Counted from the first letter of the whole stretch, positions 39,451-51,800 are shown. The stretch is 63,988 nt of DNA, filler included, from Reclinomonas americana ATCC 50394 (GCA_048213135.1; 11 parts of 11 records of this genome joined end to end with filler, not necessarily neighbours in it), one strand, 5' to 3'. Notes: generated by a model not told the origin, from the sequence alone. Numbers and translations are program-made.

Positions 39451-39651
39451 GTGACAAACCCTTGGCTAGCTGCTGTGGTACAATGACAACATCATACATA
39501 CCACCACCATACTCTCAACACAGAATGAGGGTTTATTGCACCGCCAATATATCCCCAAGTTACGCACGCCCGAGGCAAGGTGGTACGCGGAGGTATAGAC
39601 TGTCACAAGCAGTGATGCGAATCAATCGCACAAAAACACATGTTGTGAAGT

Positions 39652-40828
39652 CTACCACCCCGCCGCCCTCCTCTCAATCACCACTGCATCCTCCAACACA
39701 AAACACCTCATCACCACCTCCACGAGAATCCACTCCCCTGCATCCCCCTCCCTCCCCTCCCCCTCCTCCCCCTCCCCCACCAACATCCCCCTCACCACCC
39801 CCACCACCTCCCTCACCACCTCTGCCTCTCGCCTAGCCAACCCCCGCGGCGTCGACCACACTCGCACCGTCCCATCCACACCCCCGCTCACCACACGCCG
39901 ACCATCACTCATCACGGCGACAGCGTTCACCAACCGAGCGTGTCCCTCCAACCGTCGCACCACCTCCCCACTCTCCATCGACCACACGCGCACCGTCCGA
40001 TCCTCACCCCCGCTCACCACGTACTGACAGTCGGGAGTGGTGGCAACAGAGTACACCTCTTTCGTGTGTCCCTCCAGTCGCCGCACCTCCTCTCCACTCG
40101 CCACCGACCACACTCGCACCGTCCTGTCCTCACTCCCACTCACCACGTGCTGACCGTCGGCAGTGATGGCGACAGAACTCACCATGCCAGCGTGACCCGT
40201 GAATCGCCGCATCTCCTCTCCTGTCGTGAACGACCACACTCGCACCGTCTTGTCTTGTCCGCCACTCACCACGAGCTGGCCATCGACAGAGACAGCGACA
40301 GACATCACCGTCGCAGTGTGACCCGGCAACTGCCGCACCTCCTCTCCACTCGCCACAGACCACACGCGCACAGTGCAGTCCTCACTGCCACTCACAATCC
40401 ACAGATTGTCACGCGTGACGGCGACAGACCACACCGTGTCAGCGTGTCCGTCCAGCTGTCGCACTGGCTCGCCAGTCGCCAGCGACCACACTCGAACTGT
40501 TTCATCAGCAGCGCCGCTGACAATGTACTGGCCATCGCAGGTGACGGTGACCGACAGCAGCCCTCCCGTGTGGCCCGTCAACCGGCGCACCTCCTCACCA
40601 GTCGCCAGTGACCACACCGACACTACCTTGTCCGCACTCCCGCCCACGACGTGGAGGCCGTCGGGGGTGACGGCGATGGAGTTCAATCCGTAGGAGTGGC
40701 TCTCGATGACCTGTGTCGTGAGAGGAGAGAGAGAGGGTGGGAGGGAGAAGTGAGAGGGAGGGAGGGAGGAGAGGGAGGGAGGGAGGAGAGGGTGGGAGGG
40801 AGGAGAGGGAGAGACCGACTACCTGCTT
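39652..40828 (-). CDS. WD40 protein with highly similar 42-aa repeats and RCF-motif tail (5' incomplete)
   Basis: About 7 near-identical SVAVTxDGxxVVSGSEDxTVRVWSxASGEEVRRLxGH repeats in one exon; tail WILVEVVMRCFVLEDAVVIERRAAGW; small upstream exon at 40813-40828. Confidence 0.88.
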
Positions 40829-41752
40829 GATGCAACACCTGTAAATAGTGAATTCTCGGAGAGTGAAAGCGAGAGAGCGAGAGAGAGAAGAGCGAGAAGG
40901 GTACACAATAACGAGAGGAAAGAGAGAGAGATGAGGAGAGAGGAGACTGACTGCCTGCTTAATGCAAGACCTGTCAACTCGCGAAGTCTCGAGAGCAGAA
41001 AGTGTGCCAGACAGTATTAAGACGAGTAAGGGAGAGAGAGAGAGGCAGTGGCTGTTTAGTTACCGCAACGTCAGCGTTCTCTCAAGCTTGCGAGTGAGAG
41101 AAAGTGTGCCATGTAGACAAGTGATTCATCCAAGAGAGCGAGAGAGAGAGAGAGAGGCAGTGACTGCTTCCTTGCCGCGACGTTAGTCAACATGGTGATC
41201 ACGCTGGCTTGAGAGTGAGAGAGTGACAGAAGAATGAGAAGTGTCAAACGAAGTGATGCATCCGAAGAATGAGATTATGTGCAGTGACAGCTTACTCGAC
41301 ACAACGTTAGTCAACATGGTGTTCTCACAGACTTCAGAGAGACAGAGAGAGAGAGTGAGAAGAATGAGAAGTGCCAAAAGAGTAAGTGATGCAAGAAATG
41401 TGATCGTGTGTGTGCGTGCAAGAGAGAGAGAGAGAGAGTGTGTATGTGTGTGAAAGAGAGAGAGAGGCAGTGACCTCCTCGACGCAACGTTAGTCAACAT
41501 GGTGTTCTCACAGACTTCAGAGAGAAAGACAGAGAGAAGAGTGAGAAATGCCAAANNNNNNNNNNNNNNNNNNNNNNNNNNNNNNNNNNNNNNNNNNNNT
41601 TAATTAATTAANNNNNNNNNNNNNNNNNNNNNNNNNNNNNNNNNNNNNNNNNNNNGTCTCGTCGTATTAGTCTCTCTCTCCTTCCTTCTCTCTCTCTCTG
41701 TCTCTCTCTCTCTCTTGTACGTCTCTTCTCTCTCTCTCTCTCTGTCTCTCTA

Positions 41753-41793
<41 letters not shown>

Positions 41794-42480
41794 GCTCTCT
41801 CTTGACGTTTCTTCTCTCTTCGCGCTTGGGATCCACATCACTGCTTGCACCCTCTCTTCCTTGTTACAAGTCTCTATCTCTGTTCGTCTCATGGTGGCCA
41901 GCGTGAGTCGTCTGTGCTCTCTCTTCTTTCTCTCAACTTCATCTTATCTCTTATCATCTTCTCTCTCAGCTTGCTCTTGAGCTGTGAGTCGCTGCCCGTC
42001 TCTCTCCACTTCTCTCTCTCTCTCTCTCTTTCTCTCCTGTCAACTTGCTTTCTCTCACATCACTGCCTCTTTCTCTATCAGACGCTTCCTCAACTTGCAC
42101 TACTGTGTGAGCCATTGCACGTCTCTTACCGTTCTCGTCTTTCATCTCAGTCTTCTTTGTCTTCTGTCTCTTTCTCTCTCTCTCTCTCTCTCTCTCAATC
42201 TCTCTACTTCGTCTACCTCCACCTGCACACCGTTTCTCTTTCATCCCTTCTCTCTCATCTCTCTCGCAGCTCTTTGTCTCCTTATGTTGCTTTCTCCTCG
42301 TCCTCTGCACTTCCCTGTGAGCTGTTAAACGTCTGTGCTCTCTCGTCATCCACCTCTCTTTTCTCTCAACTTGCTCCCTGTCTGCAAAATCACTTTGCAT
42401 CTCTCACTGTACCCTGATCTCTTCCCCTCTCATTCCCTTCTCCCTTTCTCTCACTCCCTTCCCCTTTCCTCCCTCTCCAG

Positions 42481-43211
42481 TTCAAGGAAGTCCAGGCCGC
42501 CTACAGCATCCTCATGGACCCCCACGAACGCGCCTGGTACGACAAGCATCGCGAGGCCATCGTGAGAGGAGGTACTGGTCGATCAATCAGTCCCTCCTTC
42601 TCCACTTGTTTCTCACTCCTGCCTCCCCCCGCAGTGGACCCCATGGACAAGTCGGCCAACGCAGGTGTGTCACCCCTCCCCTCCCTCCCTCCCACGCACG
42701 TGACAGAGCTGCGCTGACCCGCGTGCACAGGCATCAACCTGCTCGACTACTTTGACCCCGCCAAGTGCGCCGATGAGCGCACCTATTTCTCCACGTACGA
42801 GTTTGTGTTCCGCACCCTGGCCGCCGAAGATGCCGTGTACGGTGACTCAGAGCGCGACTATCCGTCGTTTGGCGACGCCGGCATGCACGACGACGACGTG
42901 ATGACGTTTTACGGCTTCTGGGAGGCCTTCTCGTCACGCAAGCCGTTTGCCTGGGCCGGCAAGTGGGATGCCACGGATGTTGCGTGTGTGGGAATGCGTG
43001 GTTCTGAGATTTGTTCTCTGTCGCGATCGCTCGCTCTTGCTTCCAGTTCGTTGCCGTTCTCTCTGTCTCTCTCCTCTCTCTNNNNNNNNNNNNNNNNNNN
43101 NNNNNNNNNNNNNNNNNNNNNNNNNTTAATTAATTAANNNNNNNNNNNNNNNNNNNNNNNNNNNNNNNNNNNNNNNNNNNNTTCCGTTCGTTCGTCTTCG
43201 TTCTACGTCTC

Positions 43212-43246
<35 letters not shown>

Positions 43247-43320
43247 TCGTTCGTTCTACTACGTACTCGTCTCTTCTTCTCTCTACTTCTTCTTCTTCTC
43301 TCTTCCTACTTCTTCGTCTC

Positions 43321-43369
<49 letters not shown>

Positions 43370-46069
43370 TTTAGCCGTTTCACTAACGCTGTATCTTTCT
43401 CTCACTATCTTTATCCTTTTCCCTTCCCCTTACCCTCCCTTCCCCCAATCCTCCCTTTCCCTTATCCTCCCTTCCCCTAATCCTCCCTTTCCCTCATCCT
43501 CCCCCTTCTCCTTTTGCAGGCCGTCAACCGCGACCACCGCCGAGCCATGGAGAAAGAAAACAAGCGCGAAATCGACAAGGCCCGCCGCAAGTACAACGAC
43601 GAAGTGCACGAGCTGGTGGCCTTTGTGCGCAAGCGCGACCCGCGATACGCACGCATCCAGGATCGCCTGCGCGAATCCAACGTACTGAAGCAGGAGGAGG
43701 CCGAGCGGAAGCGCAAAGAGCGCTCTCGCGCCAATCTGCAGCAAAAGAAAGGTGCGCCCAACACTATCCTTGCCTCTCCTCCCTCCCTCCCTCCTCACCT
43801 TGCATGCTGCGCAGAAATGCTGGAGACCCTCGACGAGGGCGAAGAAAAAGAGTACGAGGCGCAGGTGGCACGTGACTTTGCCATGGTCCATTCGCATCAT
43901 GAGGTTGGTGTCGGACCATTGCTCATCTCTCTTTCCCCCGTTGCTCCCCTCTGCTTTCCACAACTCTCATTCGTCGTCTTCACGTTGCTTATTACACGTA
44001 CCCACATTCCTCGCCTTGCCTTGCAGCATTGCTGACCTCACCTTCCTGCTCTGGTCATCTCGCCTTGTCACATCGCTCGTCTCTCCTTCCCAACATGCTC
44101 GTTCATCTATCTGTCCCAAAGTTCCCGTCTCTCCTTCCCAACATGCATCCTTCCTTCCGCACTCTCTAAATTTCTTCTCGCCTTCCCTCCCTTTCCAAAA
44201 ACTCTCATCTCTCCCTCTTCCTTCCCCCTTCCCCTTCCTCCCTTTCCCTAATCCCCCCTTCCCCTTCCTCCCTTCCCCCTCCCACCCCCCTTCCCCTATT
44301 CCCTTTCCCTTCCCCCCTTTTGCAGAAAAAGAAGACCAAGAACAAAGGCACCGCCCGCTCACCCATGTCCCCCGGTGCCGACGACGACGCCGGCAGTGGC
44401 GGCGACGACGAGCAAAACGGAGAGGGCGACGACGACGACGACGATGACGAGGACGACGACGACGAGGAATTTGTGTGCCTGGCGTGCGGCAAGAGTTTTT
44501 TGACGGCCAAGCAGTTTCGTGTTCTACCAAAAGAACGCCCTCGCTTGACGCACACTCACCACCCAGACCCCAGATGGGAGAACCACGAAAAGAGCAAGAA
44601 GCACAAGAAGAATGTGGCGGCACTCGGCATCCACGGCGACGACTCGGACGAGGATGAGGAGGACGGCAAGAGCGTGAGCAGCGACGACGACGCACCGAGA
44701 AAGCCCGGCAAGGCCAGCACCACAACGACAACCACCACCACAACAACAACCAAGCCATCCGCATCGCCCAAGGTCAACTCGGGCAAAAAGGGCAAGAGGG
44801 AGGACCACCACGGCGACGACAGCAGTGACGAGGTGGTGGCGCCGACGGCCCGCTCCAAGTCGTCGCGCAAGAAGCCGCCGAAGCCTACGGCCGCCAAGAC
44901 GTCGTCGGGCGACGAGGAGGAGGAGGAGAGGCGAGCGCGGCATTTTGACTTGCTGGCACCCACATCACGCCGCGGGGCGCGGAAGCAGCAGCACGCGGCT
45001 GCGTTGCATGCCGCCTCCAGTGACGACGAGGAAGCGGGAGAGGGGGAGGGCGGGGCGGCGAAAGGAGCAGCGTCGCGCGCACAACGCAAGAAAAAGGCCG
45101 ACAAGAAGCAACGCGGCAAGTCGAAGCGGGGAGCTGACGAAGATGACGACGAGGCACAGGAGAAGGGGGAGGAGGAGGCAGAGGCCAAGAGCGACGAGGA
45201 CGACGATGACGGAGCTGAAGAGGAGCATGGAAAGAAGAAGAAGAACAAGAAGAACAAGGGCAAGGGCAAAAAGGCGGCTCCGGTGGAGGAGAGTGACGAG
45301 GATGACGACGACGCAGCTGAAGAGGAGGAGCGCGGAAAGAAGAATAAGAACAAGAAGAACAAGAACAAGGGCAAAAAGGCAGCGGCCGCGGCTCCGATGG
45401 AGGAGAGTGACGAGCAGGACGACGACGCAGCTGAAGAGGAGGAGCGCGGAAAGAAGAATAAGAACAAGAAGAACAAGGGCAAAAAGGCAGCCGCGGCTCC
45501 GATGGAAGACAGTGACGAGGAGGCGCCGACCACTGGTGGTGGCAAGGAGAAGAAGAACAAGGGCAAAAAGGCAGCCGCGGCTCTGGTGGAAGAGAGCGAC
45601 GACGAGGATGAGGAGGCACCGGCCACCGCTGCTGGTGGCAAGGAGAAGAGGAACAAGGGCAAAAAGGTAGCCATGGCTCTGGTGGAGGAAAGCGATGACG
45701 AGGATGCCACCGCTGCTGCTGCTGGTGGCGGCGGCAAGGAGAAGAAGAAGCGTCGTCGTAACAAGAACAAGGACGACGAGGAGGAGAAGCCGGAGGAGTG
45801 GCGCTGCAACGTGTGCACGGAGCAGTTTGACACACGCAACAGCCTGTTCAAGGTACGTCTTTGCCCTTTATGGCATCCCCTGTTCGTCCTCCTCACTTCA
45901 GCACCACCCACAGCACATCAAGGCCACTGGCCACGCACTGCATGTGCCGACCGGTGGGTCAAAGAAGAGAGGCGGCAGTACTGCTGCTGCTCCCGCTGCA
46001 ACTGCTCGCGCCGACAGCGACGACAGTGACGGAGGCAACAGCCGACGGAAGAAGGGTGGTCGCCGATGA
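42481..46069 (+). CDS. DNAJC21: DnaJ homolog subfamily C member 21 / Jjj1 (5' partial, spans a gap)
   Basis: J-domain end [52 protein letters not shown]...[13 protein letters not shown]2H2 fingers CLACGKSF...[10 protein letters not shown] and [23 protein letters not shown]. Confidence 0.92.
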
Positions 46070-46151
46070 TTGATTTTTGTGTAAACACCGTAGACCTGTG
46101 TGGCAAGAAAAAACTGTCCCTCTCGTCGGTTTTCAATCCGTGAGCCCACAG

Positions 46152-47599
46152 ATGGCCACTCGCTCCTCATCCTCGCCCTCCTCCACAGCCGCGCGGAGCA
46201 GCCTGAAAGCGCAGGGTGTTGTGCGGCGTCTGACGGGCCCCGCGGATGAGCTGCTGCATGGAACCGCGGTCTGTTCTTTTTGTTTTCAGTGCACAGTCAC
46301 TCACTCACTCCCTCACTCTGCGCATCACATGAGCAGAGTGGAAGCGAGGCCACCGCACCAGTCAAGTTCGCACCAGTAGTACAGGCGGCACTCGAGTTCT
46401 GCTTCCCATCGGATGTGGCACATCCACGTGCAGCGGCTCGCCTGTTTGCGTTTGCCAAGTATGGACCAGGCGAGCGCGACGAAGACGGCAGTTGTGTCCC
46501 TTTTACCTTGTCCATGTCTCCGTGGTGCATTGCGCTTACAATAGCGCACGGGAGCAGCTCTGCACTTGTGTGGCGGCGGACCCAAGCACCGACACATGGT
46601 CAATCACGGCGAGCAGCTGACCATGCTGCGTGCGGAGGAGGACGAGTTCATTGTGTCGGTCTATGCGGTTCGTGGGGGGAGCAGGAGTGGTACGCGCATG
46701 TCGACGGGCGGCTGACTTTCGTGCAGCACGGAGATGTATTCGCGATTCCGCAGTCGGACTGGCCGACAATCATCGCCGCCGCCAACCCCCTAGTCAGCAA
46801 GGCGGGCCTGTCGCTGTCGCCCGACGTGCTGCTCGACCTCGTGGCCGACTGCACGACCTTTACGCAGCTACAAGAGTGCGTTTCTCTTGACCCCACGCAG
46901 TGCACCACAACACACGCGGCTCACACTGACACATTTTCAGTATCGTGCTTGAGGAGCGCGAGAAGCGCATCAAGGCCTTCAAGTGCTCCGTGCCGCTGAC
47001 GACATACGGAAGCACTCGAGCGACAGGCGCACGCAGTTCTCCCCGAAAACGCGCAGCAGCATCGCCCGAGAAGCGCAGCAGTGTCAAGTCCAACTTCAGC
47101 ACCTACAAGGCCACCGAGTTCTCGGCGCCGGGAGAGCGACACGCGCAGGAACAAAAGGAGGAGTGGAATTTCCAGCGCACACAGCGCGCCCTCCACCGCA
47201 CTGCCACCGCCACCTGCTGTTGCGAACCCATATTTTTGTGCTCTCGCCTTTCCCTATTCTCACTTCCGTGCGTCAGCTGTCGAGCAAGCCAACGATCCGA
47301 CACTGGCGCGCAACATGTCGTTGCTGCGCGACGAGGCCACCCTTGCGCGGCCGGTGGCCGCCAAGGGCGGTCGCCGTGTGATCCAGGACCTGGAGTTGAC
47401 GGGAAAGGCGCGGGCGATGGATTCGGTGACGCGACGCATGGTCGTGGCGATGGAGGGTCCGCCGAGAGAAGTTGCCTCCGCCGGCCTGCATGGCGACGTT
47501 GGCCCCGGCTGGAACAATGTGGCGTGCATGAGTGGTGTCAATCGCGGATCGTATGTGGCCTCGCGCAACCTTCCGCAGCCGAGATTAAATGGCATCTGA
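46152..47599 (+). CDS. Hypothetical protein, ~5 exons
   Basis: Coding-like GC-rich frames joined by plausible GT-AG introns from MATRSSSS to ...NLPQPRLNGI-stop. No recognised domain. Confidence 0.5.
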
Positions 47600-47614
47600 T
47601 GTGTATGCTCTTGT

Positions 47615-49709
47615 TCATTGAGCAGCAAAAAGTTGACGACCTCGGTCGTAGTTGCGCTGGAACTCTTCCGGTGGCTCTCGAATTCCGCCCGTGGTCCACA
47701 CCACGTGCGTGGCATTGCGCCACGATGCCGCCGTGCCACCGACACTGCGCAAATACTGAGTACAGAGGTGAGGGAGAGAAGCAGAGAGGGAGAGGGAGAT
47801 GACGGCGTCACCTGCTGGCCGGTTTTGGTGTGCTCCACAAACGACGGACCGAAAAAGCCGACAGCTGCGTGCAGATCGCGAGTCGAGATGAGCAACGTAA
47901 CGCGTAAGAGTGCGTGCATGTGTGTGCGTTCGCACGCAACTGGCCGACGGCTCCACCGACAGCGCCAGCGATTCGCGCACCGCGTACACCATCCGCAGCA
48001 TGTCATCGTCGTGCAGCGTGTACGCTCCTGTTGTAGATAAGACTCTCTCTGCTGATCAAAGGGCGCAGGGGAAACAGCTCACCGCTCCATGCCACGCCGC
48101 AGGCATTCATGGCGAGCTCGGAGACCGAGGGGCACGCCAGACCATCCGCAATGGTGTTGCACGTCAAGCCGTACGCGTACACGGACGCCAGAGGCAAGTC
48201 GTGCCTGCCACCGCAAACCCGCGTGAGACGACGACGAAATACTCAAGCAACCAAAGAGACAGAGACCTTTCACCACGCTCCACATGCGCCAGTTGCATCA
48301 TGGCGATTGTGCCGCAGCAGGCTTGCACGGGCTCCGCAATGAAGCAGTGCACATTGTCGCCTGCGCAGAGTCGGTCAGATGGAGATAGAGAGGGGGAGGG
48401 GGAGAGAGAGCGACGCCGGCGGACCCACCAAAGTGATGCTTTAGTCCGGCGGTGACACCCGCCGGCGCACCGCCGACACCGAACGGGAGATACACAAAGA
48501 GCGGGTGTTGCTCGTCGACCGCCACGCCCATCGACTTGAGTTGGCCGGAGAGCTCCTGTGCCGCCGTGGCGTAGCCGGCAAACAGACTGCGTCACACCGC
48601 CAGTCAGACTCCACAAAGGAGGAGAAGGAAGAGCGCACGAGACCCAACTGAATCGAGTTCTCGTCGTCGACAAAGTGCGCCTGCGGGTCGTTGCGCACAG
48701 CCTCACTGCGTGTTGAGGAATGAGTGCGTGCAACAGCACACACACGCACACTCTCGCAGACGCATACCGTCCACGCGCCACCGCACGCGAGTAGTCGCCA
48801 TCGTGCTCCATCACGTGCACACCGGCCTCGCGCAACACGCGTTTCTTCCACTCCTTCGCGTTGTTGGAGACGTGCACGGTGGTGTGGAATCCGAGGCGTG
48901 AGCCAGTGAGACCAATCGAGAGGCCGAGGTTGCCAGTGCTTCCTGCGCGCCGCACACATGAGCACGAGTCTCAGCCGCAGACGGTGAGGGAGCGCGACGC
49001 AGACCGACAGCCAAACGATGCTGCGCAAACACGCGTCGTGCCTCGGGCGAGGCCAGCACCATGATATCCTCTGCAGCAAGACCGCCATGAGCTTGGTTGA
49101 CGAGTAGTAAGGACATACACACGCGCAGCAGACCAGCCGTGTGCTCCTCAGGCAAGAGACCGGCCTTCTTGGCCACCTGCACGGCCACCGACAACACCTC
49201 AAACATGCCTCCACGCGCCTTGATCGAGCCCGCAATCGGCAGCGCTACGAATGCCACACAGTCAGTGACCAACACGCACACACCTGCTCTCAGCACCAGC
49301 AGCTCAACTGTGATCCGCCTTGACCAGCACTCGTCCCTCGACGCCCCACTGATCACCGCCATCAATCAGCGGCGATGTCACCGTGCCCGCAGCGCCCAAC
49401 TCCCGCGGAAACAGCTGACGAAGCACCGGAACATAGCTATGCGCGCCTGGTAAGCAGCCCACCCTCTGCGCACAAGAGCAAGAGGGGGTGATCATACCTC
49501 GCGAATTGCTTCTCGGCCGTGATCAATGCCGCGCGCGGAAAAACACGCTGCATCTCCCACTCGCCCAGAAAACGCTCATTGATGGTCGCATCACGCAACT
49601 GCCGCCGATCGGCCACAAACAGCACGCGTTCCCTCCCACCACTCACATGCTCCCGCAAACACGAACATGTCCGCTGTGCTTGCCGACCTGCATAATCGAG
49701 ATCAGGCAT
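47615..49709 (-). CDS. dsdA: Bacterial-type (fold-type II, PLP) D-serine dehydratase, ~11 introns; start codon uncertain
   Basis: [17 protein letters not shown] (PLP Lys), [72 protein letters not shown] and THVVWTTGG are all colinear with E. coli DsdA as I remember it. Confidence 0.92.
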
Positions 49710-49871
49710 GAAACACACATGCAAATATAAAAGCAGCACGCGTACATGAATTCGTGTTGTGTAAGGCGCCGGTGACGCTCGACAACCACGCGCGCAATAA
49801 CATTGGTGATCGCAGAGAGATACAGGCAGCAAATTTCACATAGTCTCAGTCAGCTCTCACGCGCGCGTGTA

Positions 49872-50618
49872 ATGGCCTCGCGGTTGCCTCCACGAGCGCC
49901 CTCTGTGGCCTCGGCGACTGCACAGGCCGCAGCCGCTGCGGCAGCCTCCGCAGGCACCACCACCGCTGTCGCGCAGACAGTGACAGTGGTGGCCACGGGT
50001 GCCGCGGCCACAGGGCCCTCTCTCTCATTACGCGAACAAGTTGCGCTCGCGTGCGTGTGTGTCTCTCTGTGTGTGTGTGCGACACGCTGATTGGTGTCGC
50101 GTGTGTAGTTCCTGTTGCAATGCAGTCCCGCGGCCTCGCAACGCAGCACACACGCGCATCGTCGAGTGGGATCAGTGGCGCTGCGCGATGAAGACGTGGG
50201 CGCAGTGGTGCGTCAACACCAGCAGCAGCAAGAGCAGGAGGCAGAGGATGAGTCATTACCACCACCGCAGCCGCCACCCAGAAAACCTCGGTCGCAGTCG
50301 GGCATGGGCTGGGGGGTGCCGGATGAGGTGGCGAGGGAGCTGGTGGCGCGTGGCGAGACGGTGCAGTTCATTAACCCCATGTACTTGTCGATGCCGATGG
50401 CGCGGCACGACCGGGTGTACTCGTTGGAGGATGCGGGCGATGCGACGGGCAGCTCGTCGTCGTCGATTGTGGGCTCGGCCTCGTCGACTGTCACCACAGC
50501 TGCTGCTGCACCTGCGCCACCACCACCGGTGAGTGGAGGAGGTAGTGGTGTGCCGCAGATACCGGCGCCGCCGACGGTGCATGTGCCACTGCCGCCGCGA
50601 TTGAGATCGGGGTTTTGA
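49872..50618 (+). CDS. Low-complexity Ala/Pro/Ser-rich hypothetical protein (2 exons)
   Basis: MASRLPPRAPS...SLREQ|FLLQCSP...VQFINPMY...RLRSGF-stop; intron 50040-50108. Confidence 0.55.
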
Positions 50619-51674
50619 GTGGAGTGGGAATGGAGGAGAAGGTGGTGAGTGAAGGGAAAACGAGTTGTGTTTGTTGTAGTGGTGGCTGTGCTGGCGCCTT
50701 GTGAGACTCGCGGGTTCTTGTGCGTCTGCGAGAGGATGCAACGGGACTTGCTTGCTGGCGGTGGATATGGTGTAGCTGCTTCAGCGCCACGAGGAGACTC
50801 TCTTTTTGGCGTGTTGGCTCGACAAGGCTTCTTGCTTGTGTGGTCAAGGCTCACTTGCGAGGTGTTGTACTCGGGTTTGAGGGCGTTACGTTGGAGGTGA
50901 AGAGCGGGCTGGATCTTCCCGCACCCGTAGTGCACTCGGGATTTGCCAGACCGTGACCTCCTTGGGCTCTGTTCGCCTTGCGTCCAGCGCCAACCCTACT
51001 GTGGGCTCTAATAGCTGTCGTTCTTTGCCCTCAACCCTTGCAATCAAGATCTAGCTTAAGATCCTTGACCTATGGCCACTTCCAATGACCCTCGCAGCTT
51101 GTCCACTTCATATGTGTGACCTTTAGCAGGTCAAGTAAGAGATCAAGGGTTGTCAGAAGCCGTGCCGTCAACTGAACACGTGTTTCAGTCGCCAGAAACG
51201 CAGCAAAGCAAGATATCGAAGTCGGTGTCGACGTCGCAACTGCCGTCGCAGACGACACTTTACACGACAAGCATCCACTACGACGTCGCGCACCCTTCGC
51301 ATCACCAAGAGCACCAACGTCGACGTGGAAGAGGAGGGAAAACCAAACCGCGCACAGGACAACATCTGAACCGCCAAACCCAACAATGTGTCTTTGCGAA
51401 GCCGCGTTGCGTTCCTCTCCCTTTTTTGCACACATCGCTCACAGACATGTACTCACTCACACACATACACACAGTTGCTGTGCCTGCTGCGCGGTCAGTC
51501 ACCGCAACTCACCTGTTTTCGCGCGCTTCCCTCTCACTCACCTCTCTGCGTGCTCTTGACACACACTTACACGAAACAATCTCACAGTGTTGCGTCACAC
51601 TCTACTCGCCTCTCTCTTGTTCTCGCTCTCTCTGTGCGTGACTGAGTGATTGACATGATGTGCATTGTATATAG

Positions 51675-51800
51675 GCTCATGCTGCGTTGCGTGCTGTCGG
51701 TGCCTGCGCCGGATCTTCTGCTGCTGCTGCGACGATGATAAGGACAAGAAGGAGCATCAGCAGCAGCAGCAGCAGCCGCGTCAGGGAACGGAGATGCATG
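51675..51800 (+). CDS. Cys-rich exon of an unidentified gene
   Basis: tag|GSCCVACCRCLRRIFCCCCDDDKDKKEHQQQQQQPRQGTEMH|gt. Coding-like codons; the rest of the gene is not found before the gap. Confidence 0.4.

Noticed and set aside
41160..41555. Repeated cgttagtcaacatggtg (41181, 41305, 41488)
   Set aside because: Local slippage duplication in GA-rich DNA at a contig edge, with no evidence of function.
47615..49709. Bacterial contamination as the source of dsdA, YeeE/YedE or DUF296
   Set aside because: All three carry host-style spliceosomal introns and are contiguous with eukaryotic genes.
50677..51151. Assignment as RNase P/MRP, SRP RNA or U3
   Set aside because: Their conserved sequence boxes were not found on either strand by eye; kept only as an unassigned structured-RNA candidate.
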